Below are positions 33,834 through 42,707 of a DNA stretch of 64,000 nucleotides, piece after piece. Both the position numbers and the translations under genes were made by a program. Where the stretch lies: contig JAVVEA010000001.1 of NCBI GenBank assembly GCA_032250835.1, positions 416,001 to 480,000 of the forward strand, given 5' to 3'. How positions within the stretch are numbered: position 1 is the first letter of the stretch; every line of letters starts with the position of its first letter. This stretch comes from a bacterium (GTDB taxonomy: Bacteria > SAR324 > XYD2-FULL-50-16). The notes under the pieces were generated by a model, which saw only the letters and a list, made by a program, of their open reading frames with translations, searched no databases and was not told the origin of the DNA.

Positions 33834-34952
33834 TCAGGCGCTCACCCTACCCTGGGCGGCTTCTAACTCAGCCTGGACCAACACAAAGGCCCGCTCTAAA
33901 AGCATAAACTTTAGGTTGTCGCCGCCGTGGTCCGGGTGGCAGGCGAAAACTAAGGCGCGGAAGGCGGACTTCAAATCCGACGCCTCATAAGGAGGGGTAA
34001 GGCCTAAAAAACGCCGCGCTTGGGCTATGTTTAGTTGCTGGATCAGCTCCCAACTGGGCTTAAGGGGTACCTGAGGGGTTGGGTCGGGGCTTTTTGGGGC
34101 CAGCGGTTGGGCCGGGTCTCGGTGGTCGCTAAAATAGCCCCCAAAGGCGCGGCAATAGACGCTACCCTTAGCCTCCAAGGTAATCCGATCCACCGCATAA
34201 ACTTCGCCTGAGAGGGCGGCGGGGTCGCGTGGACCTTCAAATAAAAAAGGAAAGGGCTTTCGGTAGACGAAGAGGTTCTTCGCGCTGCGCCCGACGATCT
34301 GGTACGCGCTCCATTCTTGCTGGGCCAAAGCAAAGTAAGGTGAGGCATTGCCGTAGACAAAATCCTTCGGGTCCAACGCCACCCCGCCAGCCCGGTCTAA
34401 ACTACGTTGGTAATGTTGGGCGGCGAACTCAAAGGGCAGACCTTGACCCGGATTTCCTCCGGCAGCATCCAGCCCAAGCTGGGCGGCCTCCCGCTCGATA
34501 GGGGCGCGGCCCTGTTGGACCGGCTCATGATCCGCTAAGAAATCAAAGATCGACTCCCAAAGATACCAGACCCACTCACGGGGCGCCAATTCCAACAAAG
34601 AATATACCGGAGCCATTGGGTTTTGCACAAAGGCGAACCTTGTGGGCTCAACGGGATTGGCGTAGGCGGGCCAGAGAGGGTTTTCGATGTAGCTGCGGGC
34701 GTAGCGGTTGACCGCCTCGTGGTGGGCAATAAAGCGGTGGATGCCCTTCAAGCGGCCTTCTCGTAGCAGGGTCGGGTAGGCCACCAGATTGCGGGTCTGG
34801 GCCTGGGCGGCCGCTTTGGTGGGCACAAAGCCACTGATCAAGGGCGGGTGGGTGTCTCGCTCCCAAAGGGCATCCCAAAGGCCCCAAAACCAGCCCCATT
34901 GTTTTCCCGCAAAGGCATATCCATAGAAAAAATTAAAGTCCTCATGGCCCAA
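33834..34952 (-). CDS. Hypothetical protein with C-terminal J-domain
   Basis: ARRFLGL...LKSAFR...CHPDHGG at the C-terminus. Confidence 0.75.
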   Translation of the reverse strand: MGHEDFNFFYGYAFAGKQWGWFWGLWDALWERDTHPPLISGFVPTKAAAQAQTRNLVAYPTLLREGRLKGIHRFIAHHEAVNRYARSYIENPLWPAYANPVEPTRFAFVQNPMAPVYSLLELAPREWVWYLWESIFDFLADHEPVQQGRAPIEREAAQLGLDAAGGNPGQGLPFEFAAQHYQRSLDRAGGVALDPKDFVYGNASPYFALAQQEWSAYQIVGRSAKNLFVYRKPFPFLFEGPRDPAALSGEVYAVDRITLEAKGSVYCRAFGGYFSDHRDPAQPLAPKSPDPTPQVPLKPSWELIQQLNIAQARRFLGLTPPYEASDLKSAFRALVFACHPDHGGDNLKFMLLERAFVLVQAELEAAQGRVSA

Positions 34953-35077
34953 GGCTCGGCTCCGAAAAAGGTGAGTTTACCTTAACTTGCCTAGCGATTC
35001 AAAGCAATTGCCCCGTTGGCTTGACAGGTCCACGAGGCTTTCCCATAATCCCACCCAAGCGAGGAGGCTACCTATTT

Positions 35078-37144
35078 ATGCCGAAGAAATCCGGCAACCA
35101 TTCCCAACCTATCCAACTGTTTGCGAAGCTTATCAGCTGGCCTATACTGCCCCTTGCGCTGAGTTTATGGCTAGGGACCAGTTGCGCCAAATTGCAGCAC
35201 CACGACGACTTCCAAAAGATCGCCCAGACCGGTGAACTACGCGTGGGTTTTTGGGTCACCCCCGCCGAAGGGGGCACCGGCTTGGTCGATCCCTTAGTGG
35301 CCGAAGGGCGCAAACTCACCGAATTTGCGCTAGACCTTGGTTTAACGGCAAAATTTATCTCCTTTGAGGGGCCTGAAGAAATGGCCCGCGCACTGGATCG
35401 GGAACAAATCGACCTAGCCAGCTTCGGTATGGAGCCCGGCCCTGCGGCAAAAAACTTGGCCGCTTCAGTGGCCTATTTACGCCGCGATTTGATCTTGGTG
35501 GGGCCTTCGGGCACCCTTGCAGGCACCTTATGTATCCGCAGACAAAGCCCCCAAGCCGCTTTGATCCGTCGCATCGGCCCGCCTAAGGGCTTTAAACTCA
35601 AAGAGCTTTCGCCCTTTTTGAGCCACCATGACCTGCTTGAGCGCCGCTTAGAAAACCAATGTGATGCGCTGTTATTAGACTCCTACTACTGGGCCCAGCG
35701 GGCCGCAGAGTATAAAGACCTAAAAAAGCTGGCCGTCTTTGCCCCCGATCAGCCGTTGGCCTTCTACTTCCGCGACCATTCCACCGGCCTGCGCCAAAGG
35801 GCCAACGAGTTCTTGATTTATCAAGCCCTGGCCGGGCAGGGGGACCCCTACCAACAGCATTCGGGCTCCAGGCGAAAGCTGCGGGTACTGACCCGCAACC
35901 ACTTGATGAGTTTCTTTTTATCTGAAGGGAATCATTACGGCCTTGAGTATGAGCTACTACAGGACTTCGCTATTAAACAGGGGTACAAGTTGGAAATCCT
36001 GGTACCCAGCTTCCACTCGGACCTGATCCCCTGGCTGATAGAAAACAAAGGGGACCTAATCGCCGCGAGTATGAGCATTACCAAGGAACGGGCCCGACAA
36101 ATCGCCTTTTCCCGCCCCTACCACCAAACCCGTGAGCTGGTCGTTTTGCGCCAAGGAGACCGAAGAATCGGCGGCCTCAAAGACCTAAAGGGCCAAAAAA
36201 TCTGGGTCCGCCGTTCCAGCTCCTATTACGACTCCTTGATCCAGGTGCAAAAACTGGTCGGGCCCATTGACATCCAACTGGTTGGCGAAGATGTGGAGAC
36301 CGAACAGCTTTTTGAACAACTCGAAACCCGACAGATTGACGCTTTGGTGGCCGATGCGCACCAGTTAGAAGCCGAACGCACCTTTGGGCGTAAGGTATAC
36401 GGGGCGGTGGGTTTGCCCTTGCGCAGGTCCCTAGCCTTTGGCATGACACCCAACGACGTTGCGCTGAAGCAGGAGTTGGACCAATATTTGGCCCAAGTGG
36501 ACCGCAACGGATTCCTAAAGATCATTAAAGAAAAATACACCGAGAACCGCACCTTGATCACCAAAGCCCGCTCCCTGGCGCGAGCCGATACCCACGGGGA
36601 GATTTCGCCTTTTGATCAGACCATCCAAGCGGTGGCGTTGGATTTTAACCTGGACTGGCGGCTGGTTGCTTCGCAAATGTATCAAGAATCGCGTTTCGAT
36701 CCCTTACGCCGCAGCCAAGCGGGGGCCTTGGGTCTGATGCAGGTGATGCCGGCTACGGGCCGTGAAATGGGGCTCAAAGTGCCTGAAATTGACCTAAAGG
36801 AACCTCAAAAAGCCATCCAAACAGGGGTCAAGTATTTACGTAAAACCTTTGACCGTCTCGAAGAAGTGCCCCGCCTTGAAGACCGCATTTTCTTTTCTTT
36901 GGCCGCCTACAATGCCGGTTATGGCCATTTAACGGATGCCCGCACTTTAGCTAAACGGTTGGGCTTAGACCCTGACCGCTGGGCTGGGCAGGTCGAACGG
37001 GCCATTCTTCTGTTAGAGCAGCCAAAGTACTACCGGACCGTTCGTTACGGCTACTGTCGAGGTTCCGAACCGATCAACTATGTCCGCGAAATCCAAAAAC
37101 GATACGTCATGTATACGCAATTCGTACCGACTCCAGGGTGGTGA
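35078..37144 (+). CDS. mltF: MltF-like lytic transglycosylase with two SBP-like domains
   Basis: LRVLTRN, GLEYELL, QMYQESRF, GALGLMQVMP, LAAYNAGYGH, YGYCRG.E. Start at ATG 35078 (GAGGAGG). Confidence 0.85.
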   Translation: MPKKSGNHSQPIQLFAKLISWPILPLALSLWLGTSCAKLQHHDDFQKIAQTGELRVGFWVTPAEGGTGLVDPLVAEGRKLTEFALDLGLTAKFISFEGPEEMARALDREQIDLASFGMEPGPAAKNLAASVAYLRRDLILVGPSGTLAGTLCIRRQSPQAALIRRIGPPKGFKLKELSPFLSHHDLLERRLENQCDALLLDSYYWAQRAAEYKDLKKLAVFAPDQPLAFYFRDHSTGLRQRANEFLIYQALAGQGDPYQQHSGSRRKLRVLTRNHLMSFFLSEGNHYGLEYELLQDFAIKQGYKLEILVPSFHSDLIPWLIENKGDLIAASMSITKERARQIAFSRPYHQTRELVVLRQGDRRIGGLKDLKGQKIWVRRSSSYYDSLIQVQKLVGPIDIQLVGEDVETEQLFEQLETRQIDALVADAHQLEAERTFGRKVYGAVGLPLRRSLAFGMTPNDVALKQELDQYLAQVDRNGFLKIIKEKYTENRTLITKARSLARADTHGEISPFDQTIQAVALDFNLDWRLVASQMYQESRFDPLRRSQAGALGLMQVMPATGREMGLKVPEIDLKEPQKAIQTGVKYLRKTFDRLEEVPRLEDRIFFSLAAYNAGYGHLTDARTLAKRLGLDPDRWAGQVERAILLLEQPKYYRTVRYGYCRGSEPINYVREIQKRYVMYTQFVPTPGW

Positions 37145-38964
37145 TGAAACTTTGGGTGACCTGTCTTTTCTTATTTTATGCAACCCTCGCTTGGGCGGCG
37201 GTGCCCGATGGGGACTACCGCGAAAAGGGGTTGAGTTACCCTTCGGGGGATCAGTTTTTTGGCCAGATCAAACAGGGGATGCGCCAGGGGGCCGGTAAAC
37301 TGGTCTTTAAAGACGGCCGGGTTTTTCAGGGCACCTTTGTAGATGATCAGTTCCACGGCGATGGAGAGATCCGTTACCCGAGCGGCGAACATTACCAAGG
37401 CACCTTCAACGGCGGTAAAAAAGCGGGCCTAGGGGAATGGACTTCCCGCTTTGGTGAACGCTACATTGGTGAGTTTAAAGACGGCTACCGCCACGGAAAA
37501 GGTCTGTTCATCCAAACCAACGGCGACCGCTTTGAAGGGCTCTTCATCAAAGGCCGTAAGCAGAACCAAGGCCTTTATCGGTTCAAATCAGGCGACCGCT
37601 TTGAAGGCACCTTGATCAAAGGAAAAAAGCAAGGCCGGGGAGATTGGCAGTCAGACGATGGCACGCATTACCAAGGGGGCTTTAAAGACGACTTATTCCA
37701 TGGCCAAGGCCTACTAGAACAACCCAACGGAACCCGCTATCAGGGCGGTTTTTTTGCCGGGCGCTACCACGGCCAAGGCGATCTGACCAACCCCGCCGGA
37801 GACCATTACCAGGGGCAATTCCAAGGGGGCCAGATGCAGGGCCCAGGAAAAATGGTCTGGGCCGATGGGGACCGCTATCAAGGGGATTTCGTCGCTGGAC
37901 TGCCCCAGGGCAAAGGGCAACTGATCCGCGCTAACGGAGACCGCTACCAAGGCGACTTAGTGGCCGGTGCATTTGAAGGGCAGGGCAAATGGGAACGAGC
38001 CCATGGTGAAAGCTATCAAGGCCAATTTTTAAAGGGGAAACGGCATGGCCAAGGTAAGGCCCGCTTCCCTAATGGGGATCGTTACCAAGGGCGCTTTGTC
38101 GCCGGCGTCATTCAAGGCTCAGGGGTCTACCGCTACGCCAACCAAGACCGCTATATAGGGCACTTTGAGGGCGGCCGTAAGTCCGGAAAGGGGAAGTTTA
38201 TTTTCGCCAACGGGGACCGCTATCAAGGCCCCTTCCGGCAAGACCAATTTGAAGGCCAGGGCCTGTTTACCTTCGCCGCCGGACACCGCTATGTAGGGAG
38301 CTTTAAAAACAACCAATTCGCAGGCCCCGGCAAATTAACCTTTGCCAATGGGGACCGCTATGAAGGCCCGTTCCAAGGAGGTTTCCCCGAAGGTAAGGGG
38401 GTTTTTACCTTCAGCCGAGGCGACCAATACCGAGGCGGCTTCCACCGGGGATTTTTTGAAGGACAAGGGGTCTACCATTACCCCAGCGGGGCGCGGTATC
38501 AAGGCGAATTCCAAGGCCAAATGAAACAGGGCCAAGGCAAACTGACCCTAGCGAACGGCGAAGTCTATGAAGGAGGCTTTGTAGCCGACCGGTTCGAAGG
38601 AAGCGGGGTCTACACTTTTAAGGACGGCAGCCGCTACCAAGGGCAGTTCCACCAAGGTCAATTTTCAGGGCAAGGCCAGTTCACCGACCCCCGCAAGGGC
38701 CAATATCAAGGGGAATTCTCCAGAGGGCAGCGCCAGGGAAAAGGCAAGGCCCAATATAAAAACGGGGACCAATACCAAGGAGAGTTTGCCTCGGACCAAC
38801 GGCATGGACAAGGGGTCTACCTTTACGCCCGGCCCCAAGGGGTTTATAGCGTTTTCGAAGGTCATTTTTCCGAAGGTTACCGACAGGGAGAAGGGCGGTT
38901 CACCTCGATCAACCAACTAATTTTAGAAGGAACTTGGTACCATGAACAGTATTTACACCCCTAA
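37144..38964 (+). CDS. Exported MORN-repeat protein
   Basis: Signal peptide, then roughly 24 tandem 23-aa G(D)RYxGxF..G..xGxG repeats. Confidence 0.92.
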   Translation: MKLWVTCLFLFYATLAWAAVPDGDYREKGLSYPSGDQFFGQIKQGMRQGAGKLVFKDGRVFQGTFVDDQFHGDGEIRYPSGEHYQGTFNGGKKAGLGEWTSRFGERYIGEFKDGYRHGKGLFIQTNGDRFEGLFIKGRKQNQGLYRFKSGDRFEGTLIKGKKQGRGDWQSDDGTHYQGGFKDDLFHGQGLLEQPNGTRYQGGFFAGRYHGQGDLTNPAGDHYQGQFQGGQMQGPGKMVWADGDRYQGDFVAGLPQGKGQLIRANGDRYQGDLVAGAFEGQGKWERAHGESYQGQFLKGKRHGQGKARFPNGDRYQGRFVAGVIQGSGVYRYANQDRYIGHFEGGRKSGKGKFIFANGDRYQGPFRQDQFEGQGLFTFAAGHRYVGSFKNNQFAGPGKLTFANGDRYEGPFQGGFPEGKGVFTFSRGDQYRGGFHRGFFEGQGVYHYPSGARYQGEFQGQMKQGQGKLTLANGEVYEGGFVADRFEGSGVYTFKDGSRYQGQFHQGQFSGQGQFTDPRKGQYQGEFSRGQRQGKGKAQYKNGDQYQGEFASDQRHGQGVYLYARPQGVYSVFEGHFSEGYRQGEGRFTSINQLILEGTWYHEQYLHP

Positions 38965-39154
38965 ACCCTGGCTTATGGGCTTTTTGTTGGCCTGCCTTTT
39001 GGGGGCCTGTTCCTCACCGGGCCCGGCCCGTTTACAAGGCCCCGCGCCCATAGAAGGCCCCATCCGGCTATACCTGCGAGCCCCGGCCCCCGAGGTGGCC
39101 CCACTAGCCAAGCCCCAGCTGCGCCCGCTGCCCCAGCCCTCAGAAGAGCCTTAG
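38942..39154 (+). CDS. Small Pro-rich lipoprotein
   Basis: Hydrophobic stretch with LGAC lipobox; overlaps the end of the MORN gene. Confidence 0.5.
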   Translation: MNSIYTPKPWLMGFLLACLLGACSSPGPARLQGPAPIEGPIRLYLRAPAPEVAPLAKPQLRPLPQPSEEP

Positions 39155-39315
39155 CCGGACTGAAGTACCAAGCCACCAACCCGAAGCCGGTGCCAATCAA
39201 GCACCAAAAAAGTGACCGGGAGACGGTACCACAAAACCTAGGTTCCCTTGCTTGCTTGAACCCGCTGGTCGGAGCGGGATCAAACTGGAATCAACAGGCC
39301 CAATCCGCGGGCAGC

Positions 39316-40824
39316 TCAAAAAGCATATCCAACCGTCAAATGAGTGTCTGAGCCGCTGTGGCTTTCGATCGAATCAAGCAAAGCTTGATTTTCCGAAGAC
39401 AATTGCCCCGATCCCCCATAGACCATCAAGCCAAACAACCAGCGCTGCCAAGCCGTATAAGTCACGCCAAATTGTAGACCCGTTCCGCTCAAGGCTAGGC
39501 TTTGTTCTGTTTGGTTGTCCAATTGCCAAGTATAGTCACCACTGTAACTGCCCAGGCCCATATAAAACCGGAAGTTCCCCCAAAAGCTGTCGGTCAGTCG
39601 CTTAAAATGATAATTGTAACCAACATTCAGATGGCTTGAATTAGCGGTACCCACCAGACTGAGCGGGGCCAGTTGGACCACCCCATCGGCATCGACTCGA
39701 TTGACTGATTGTAAGGTACCCGAACTGCCACCCAAATCCACAAACCATCCATCCTGCTGTAACACCATAAAGGCGAAACCCGAGCCGTTGCCGTAGCTAA
39801 AATCGCTGGTGCTACCGTCGATATAGGTCAAGTGCAAGCCTGGACCCCCCACTTGAAAGGTCGGCACCCAGACCAAATCTTCAAAAAAGCTGCTTTTGCC
39901 CTCAACCGAAGGCTTCGATTCTTGCCTCTTAAAGGACTGCCTAGGGGCGGGGGCAGCATCCACTGGGGCGACTTGACGGCCCGCGGTCATTTGTCCGGCT
40001 AGTTTATCGGCCAATTCTCGTAAGGCCTGTGGGAGGTCTCGGGCCCTGCCGTTGGTCTCTTGGGTTTCTGAGGCCAAGATGCTGCCGTCTTCGATACTGA
40101 TCACTTTTGCTGAAAGATAAGCGAGGTCTTCGCTCATCCGGGCGTAACCCAAGGAAATCACCAGATCCACGCCCAATTGCTCTCCAATCACGGTGGCGCA
40201 TTCGTCTCGGGTACAGCCCGTCGCTTTTTGGATCGAATCGGGGTCCATCTTATCCACTTCGGCGCTGCTGGCGATTTTAAAGTGGGCGCGGCGCAGTTGG
40301 GTGCGGAAGATGTCGGTAAAAATTTGGCGTTGCTGGCGGTTATAGTCCTTGGTATCCAGATCCAAGACGGCAACCAGTGAATCCGAAAGGTCCTTTTGCC
40401 CTTGGACCACCACCTGGGTCTGACCTAAAACCTGTCCATCACCCAGGCTTTGGATAGCTGAAAATCGCAGGATCATCCGTTTACCCTGGGGCTGGTAACT
40501 CCCCTTGATCAATACCGCCCGCTGGCCACTCAGGCCGGTCAAAGATTCGTTTAACTGATGGATCGTAAAGCGAGACTGGGTACGGCTCAAGGCCAGCATA
40601 AAGAGGGTTTCAATCTTTTGTGCCATACGGTCTCGGCGTTGGGAGCTTTCGTTTTGTACCTCCAAATAGACGGCCTTTTCTTGGTTTAATCCTTCCACTT
40701 CCTCAGAGAAGTATCGGGCTGCGGTTTCCAGGCCTTCTTCCAAGCTTTCGGCCCGCAAGGGTGCCGTGTTCAGCAAACATAGGCCCAACCCAAGACACAG
40801 GGTCCTTAAAAAGTGTTTTTTCAT
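39316..40824 (-). CDS. Exported protein: FlgO/CsgG/TolB_N-like domains plus C-terminal beta-barrel
   Basis: Signal peptide; VAVLDL...GCTRDECATVIGEQLGVDLVI...; amphipathic strands ending VGYAF. Confidence 0.65.
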   Translation of the reverse strand: MKKHFLRTLCLGLGLCLLNTAPLRAESLEEGLETAARYFSEEVEGLNQEKAVYLEVQNESSQRRDRMAQKIETLFMLALSRTQSRFTIHQLNESLTGLSGQRAVLIKGSYQPQGKRMILRFSAIQSLGDGQVLGQTQVVVQGQKDLSDSLVAVLDLDTKDYNRQQRQIFTDIFRTQLRRAHFKIASSAEVDKMDPDSIQKATGCTRDECATVIGEQLGVDLVISLGYARMSEDLAYLSAKVISIEDGSILASETQETNGRARDLPQALRELADKLAGQMTAGRQVAPVDAAPAPRQSFKRQESKPSVEGKSSFFEDLVWVPTFQVGGPGLHLTYIDGSTSDFSYGNGSGFAFMVLQQDGWFVDLGGSSGTLQSVNRVDADGVVQLAPLSLVGTANSSHLNVGYNYHFKRLTDSFWGNFRFYMGLGSYSGDYTWQLDNQTEQSLALSGTGLQFGVTYTAWQRWLFGLMVYGGSGQLSSENQALLDSIESHSGSDTHLTVGYAF

Positions 40825-40919
40825 TTCTTTTTAATGCTGTTTTTGGCTCGGCTTCACTTGACCAGCCATAGGATTAGGGCGAAGATGAATCCCTCTTTAA
40901 CACCCAAACCAAAATTAAC

Positions 40920-41189
40920 ATGGACTGGAAAGTTTTTGCTACTACCTTCGTCACTTTGTTTATTGCCGAGATGGGTGACAAGACCCAGTTCGCCGCTCTG
41001 GCGGCCTCCGCCGAGACCCGCAGCACCTTCAGCGTGCTTTTGGCGGTGGTGTTGGCCTTGAGCCTTGCCGGATTGCTGGGGGTGGTGGCCGGAAGGGCCT
41101 TGGGGAATTTTGTGGAACCGACGATGCTAAAATATATTTCGGGGCCGCTCTTCATCGCCGTGGGCATCTGGGTCTTGGTGGGGCGTTGA
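40920..41189 (+). CDS. TMEM165/GDT1 (UPF0016) family half-size cation transporter
   Basis: FIAEMGDKTQ signature, 3 TMs. Confidence 0.92.
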   Translation: MDWKVFATTFVTLFIAEMGDKTQFAALAASAETRSTFSVLLAVVLALSLAGLLGVVAGRALGNFVEPTMLKYISGPLFIAVGIWVLVGR

Positions 41190-41293
41190 ACTCAGTGACT
41201 TTGCGTATACTACTTTGACCTAAAGGGAATATAGGCCTAATGTAATATTTATAAGTTTTTTCTATAAAAAAGGCCGCTCCCTCAGGACCCCCC

Positions 41294-41824
41294 ATGAAAC
41301 TGCTCGTCTCCCTGCTTTGTCTTTTTTCCCTTGGAGTTGCCCAGGCCTCGGCAGCATCGCTCCTCTTGGCTGCCGCCGAAGTGCCTTTGTCGATGACCTT
41401 TAATTCAGGCAGCAACGGACAGCTAAAAAGCGACGGAATGCCTCAGGGCCTAATTTTAACGGCCGAGGTCCCCTTGTTAATGGCGCTAGGGGTCGAGTCC
41501 TACGAAATCAAATTAAAAGACACCAACGGCAGCAGCCTGCAAACCCAAATGTATGATGCCCTTTGGATTTTACCGCTGCCCTTGGTCAGCTTAGGGATCG
41601 GAGCCGGGTTTGGGTTCCAGAACCCCACCGGGCCCCTAGCCTCCGCATACGATTCGGCCAACATCAGCCAAGTCATGTTACGCCTAGGCTTACCCGTCTT
41701 CGGCCCCTTGCAGGCCCGCATGAGTTACCAACGGATCTACTCTAGCCTAAGCAGCAAAACCGGTGGCAGCGATCTGCAAACCGGTGGGTCGCTCATCGCT
41801 GCGGGTGTGGGATTTGATTTTTAA
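41294..41824 (+). CDS. Small outer-membrane beta-barrel protein
   Basis: Signal peptide (AQA/ASA), alternating strands, terminal GVGFDF. Confidence 0.7.
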   Translation: MKLLVSLLCLFSLGVAQASAASLLLAAAEVPLSMTFNSGSNGQLKSDGMPQGLILTAEVPLLMALGVESYEIKLKDTNGSSLQTQMYDALWILPLPLVSLGIGAGFGFQNPTGPLASAYDSANISQVMLRLGLPVFGPLQARMSYQRIYSSLSSKTGGSDLQTGGSLIAAGVGFDF

Positions 41825-41844
41825 GCAAAGGTAAGCGGCTAGAG

Positions 41845-42141
41845 CTAGCGCTTAAAGTTCAACAGCGGGCCCTGGTCGCCCGGTGCCCGTCCGGCGTTCA
41901 TCCCAAAGAAGATACAGGCCTGAAAGTTGGTGGGGCCGTCTTGGTCGCTACAGGTGCCCTCGGTTTCGGCGCACCTCTTTTGGCAAAGTTTTACGGGCTT
42001 AAAGACCACCTTAGAGTCCAGTTGAGTTAAGGCCGGGTTGCTTTCGCACATTTTCTTACAAGAAGCGACCGCCGGGCTGTCTTCGCCCAACTGGCAACCG
42101 ACCAGCAATACACTCAGTAAAATCCAACCAGCCAGTTTCAT
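41845..42141 (-). CDS. Cys-rich lipoprotein
   Basis: LVGC lipobox; CKKMC, CQKRC and two more Cys; coupled to the hemerythrin gene. Confidence 0.7.
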   Translation of the reverse strand: MKLAGWILLSVLLVGCQLGEDSPAVASCKKMCESNPALTQLDSKVVFKPVKLCQKRCAETEGTCSDQDGPTNFQACIFFGMNAGRAPGDQGPLLNFKR

Positions 42142-42563
42142 CAGTTTTGACCCTTTTCCCTTAAGTAACTAGCCATCCGGGCATCGGTGCCCAGAATGTG
42201 TTTGGTCAGCCATTCTTTTAAAAAATTCAGCAATGAATTCGAGAGGTCCATTCCACCTTCCTTTACGCTGCTATTCAAATAAGCCACCTTCTCAACAAAG
42301 CTAGTGTGCTCGGCTTTATGGGCGTCCATATCCGGGTAATGGAAGACCCGCATCATTTCTTCTTCGACCACAAAATGGGTGTGGGTATAGTGGGCTAGAT
42401 TCGAGAGCACGGCTCGGATCAATGAATCCTTTTCGTCCAAAGGCTGTGCCTCATCGTTACAGACATCAAAAAGCACGTTCAAGTTTTCAATCAAAAACTT
42501 ATGCTCTTCGTCGATCACGAAGATGTCCGTAGCTAGCTTGTCGTCCCAGGCAATAAAGGTCAT
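42141..42563 (-). CDS. Bacteriohemerythrin
   Basis: IDEEH, HFVVEE, HKAEH, WLTKHILGTD; start at ATG 42563 with AGGAG RBS. Confidence 0.93.
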   Translation of the reverse strand: MTFIAWDDKLATDIFVIDEEHKFLIENLNVLFDVCNDEAQPLDEKDSLIRAVLSNLAHYTHTHFVVEEEMMRVFHYPDMDAHKAEHTSFVEKVAYLNSSVKEGGMDLSNSLLNFLKEWLTKHILGTDARMASYLREKGQN

Positions 42564-42707
42564 GGGGTTTCTCCTATGGTTAACATCATGCTCTGGATTA
42601 ATTATATACGAACGCCTCACTTTGTCATCATCTTTTGTCCCTAAATGCTTATCTGCTTGTGTTCGGAAGGCAGCTGAGACAAACTATAAATAGCCATTAA
42701 CAACGGA

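Noticed and set aside
37200-38900. Periodic nucleotide repeats suggesting a CRISPR array or tandem repeat
   Set aside because: They are degenerate 69-nt coding MORN repeats in one open frame; no identical repeats with spacers and no cas genes.
40825-40919. yybP-ykoY Mn riboswitch upstream of the GDT1-family gene
   Set aside because: The 95-nt divergent gap shows no recognisable aptamer structure.
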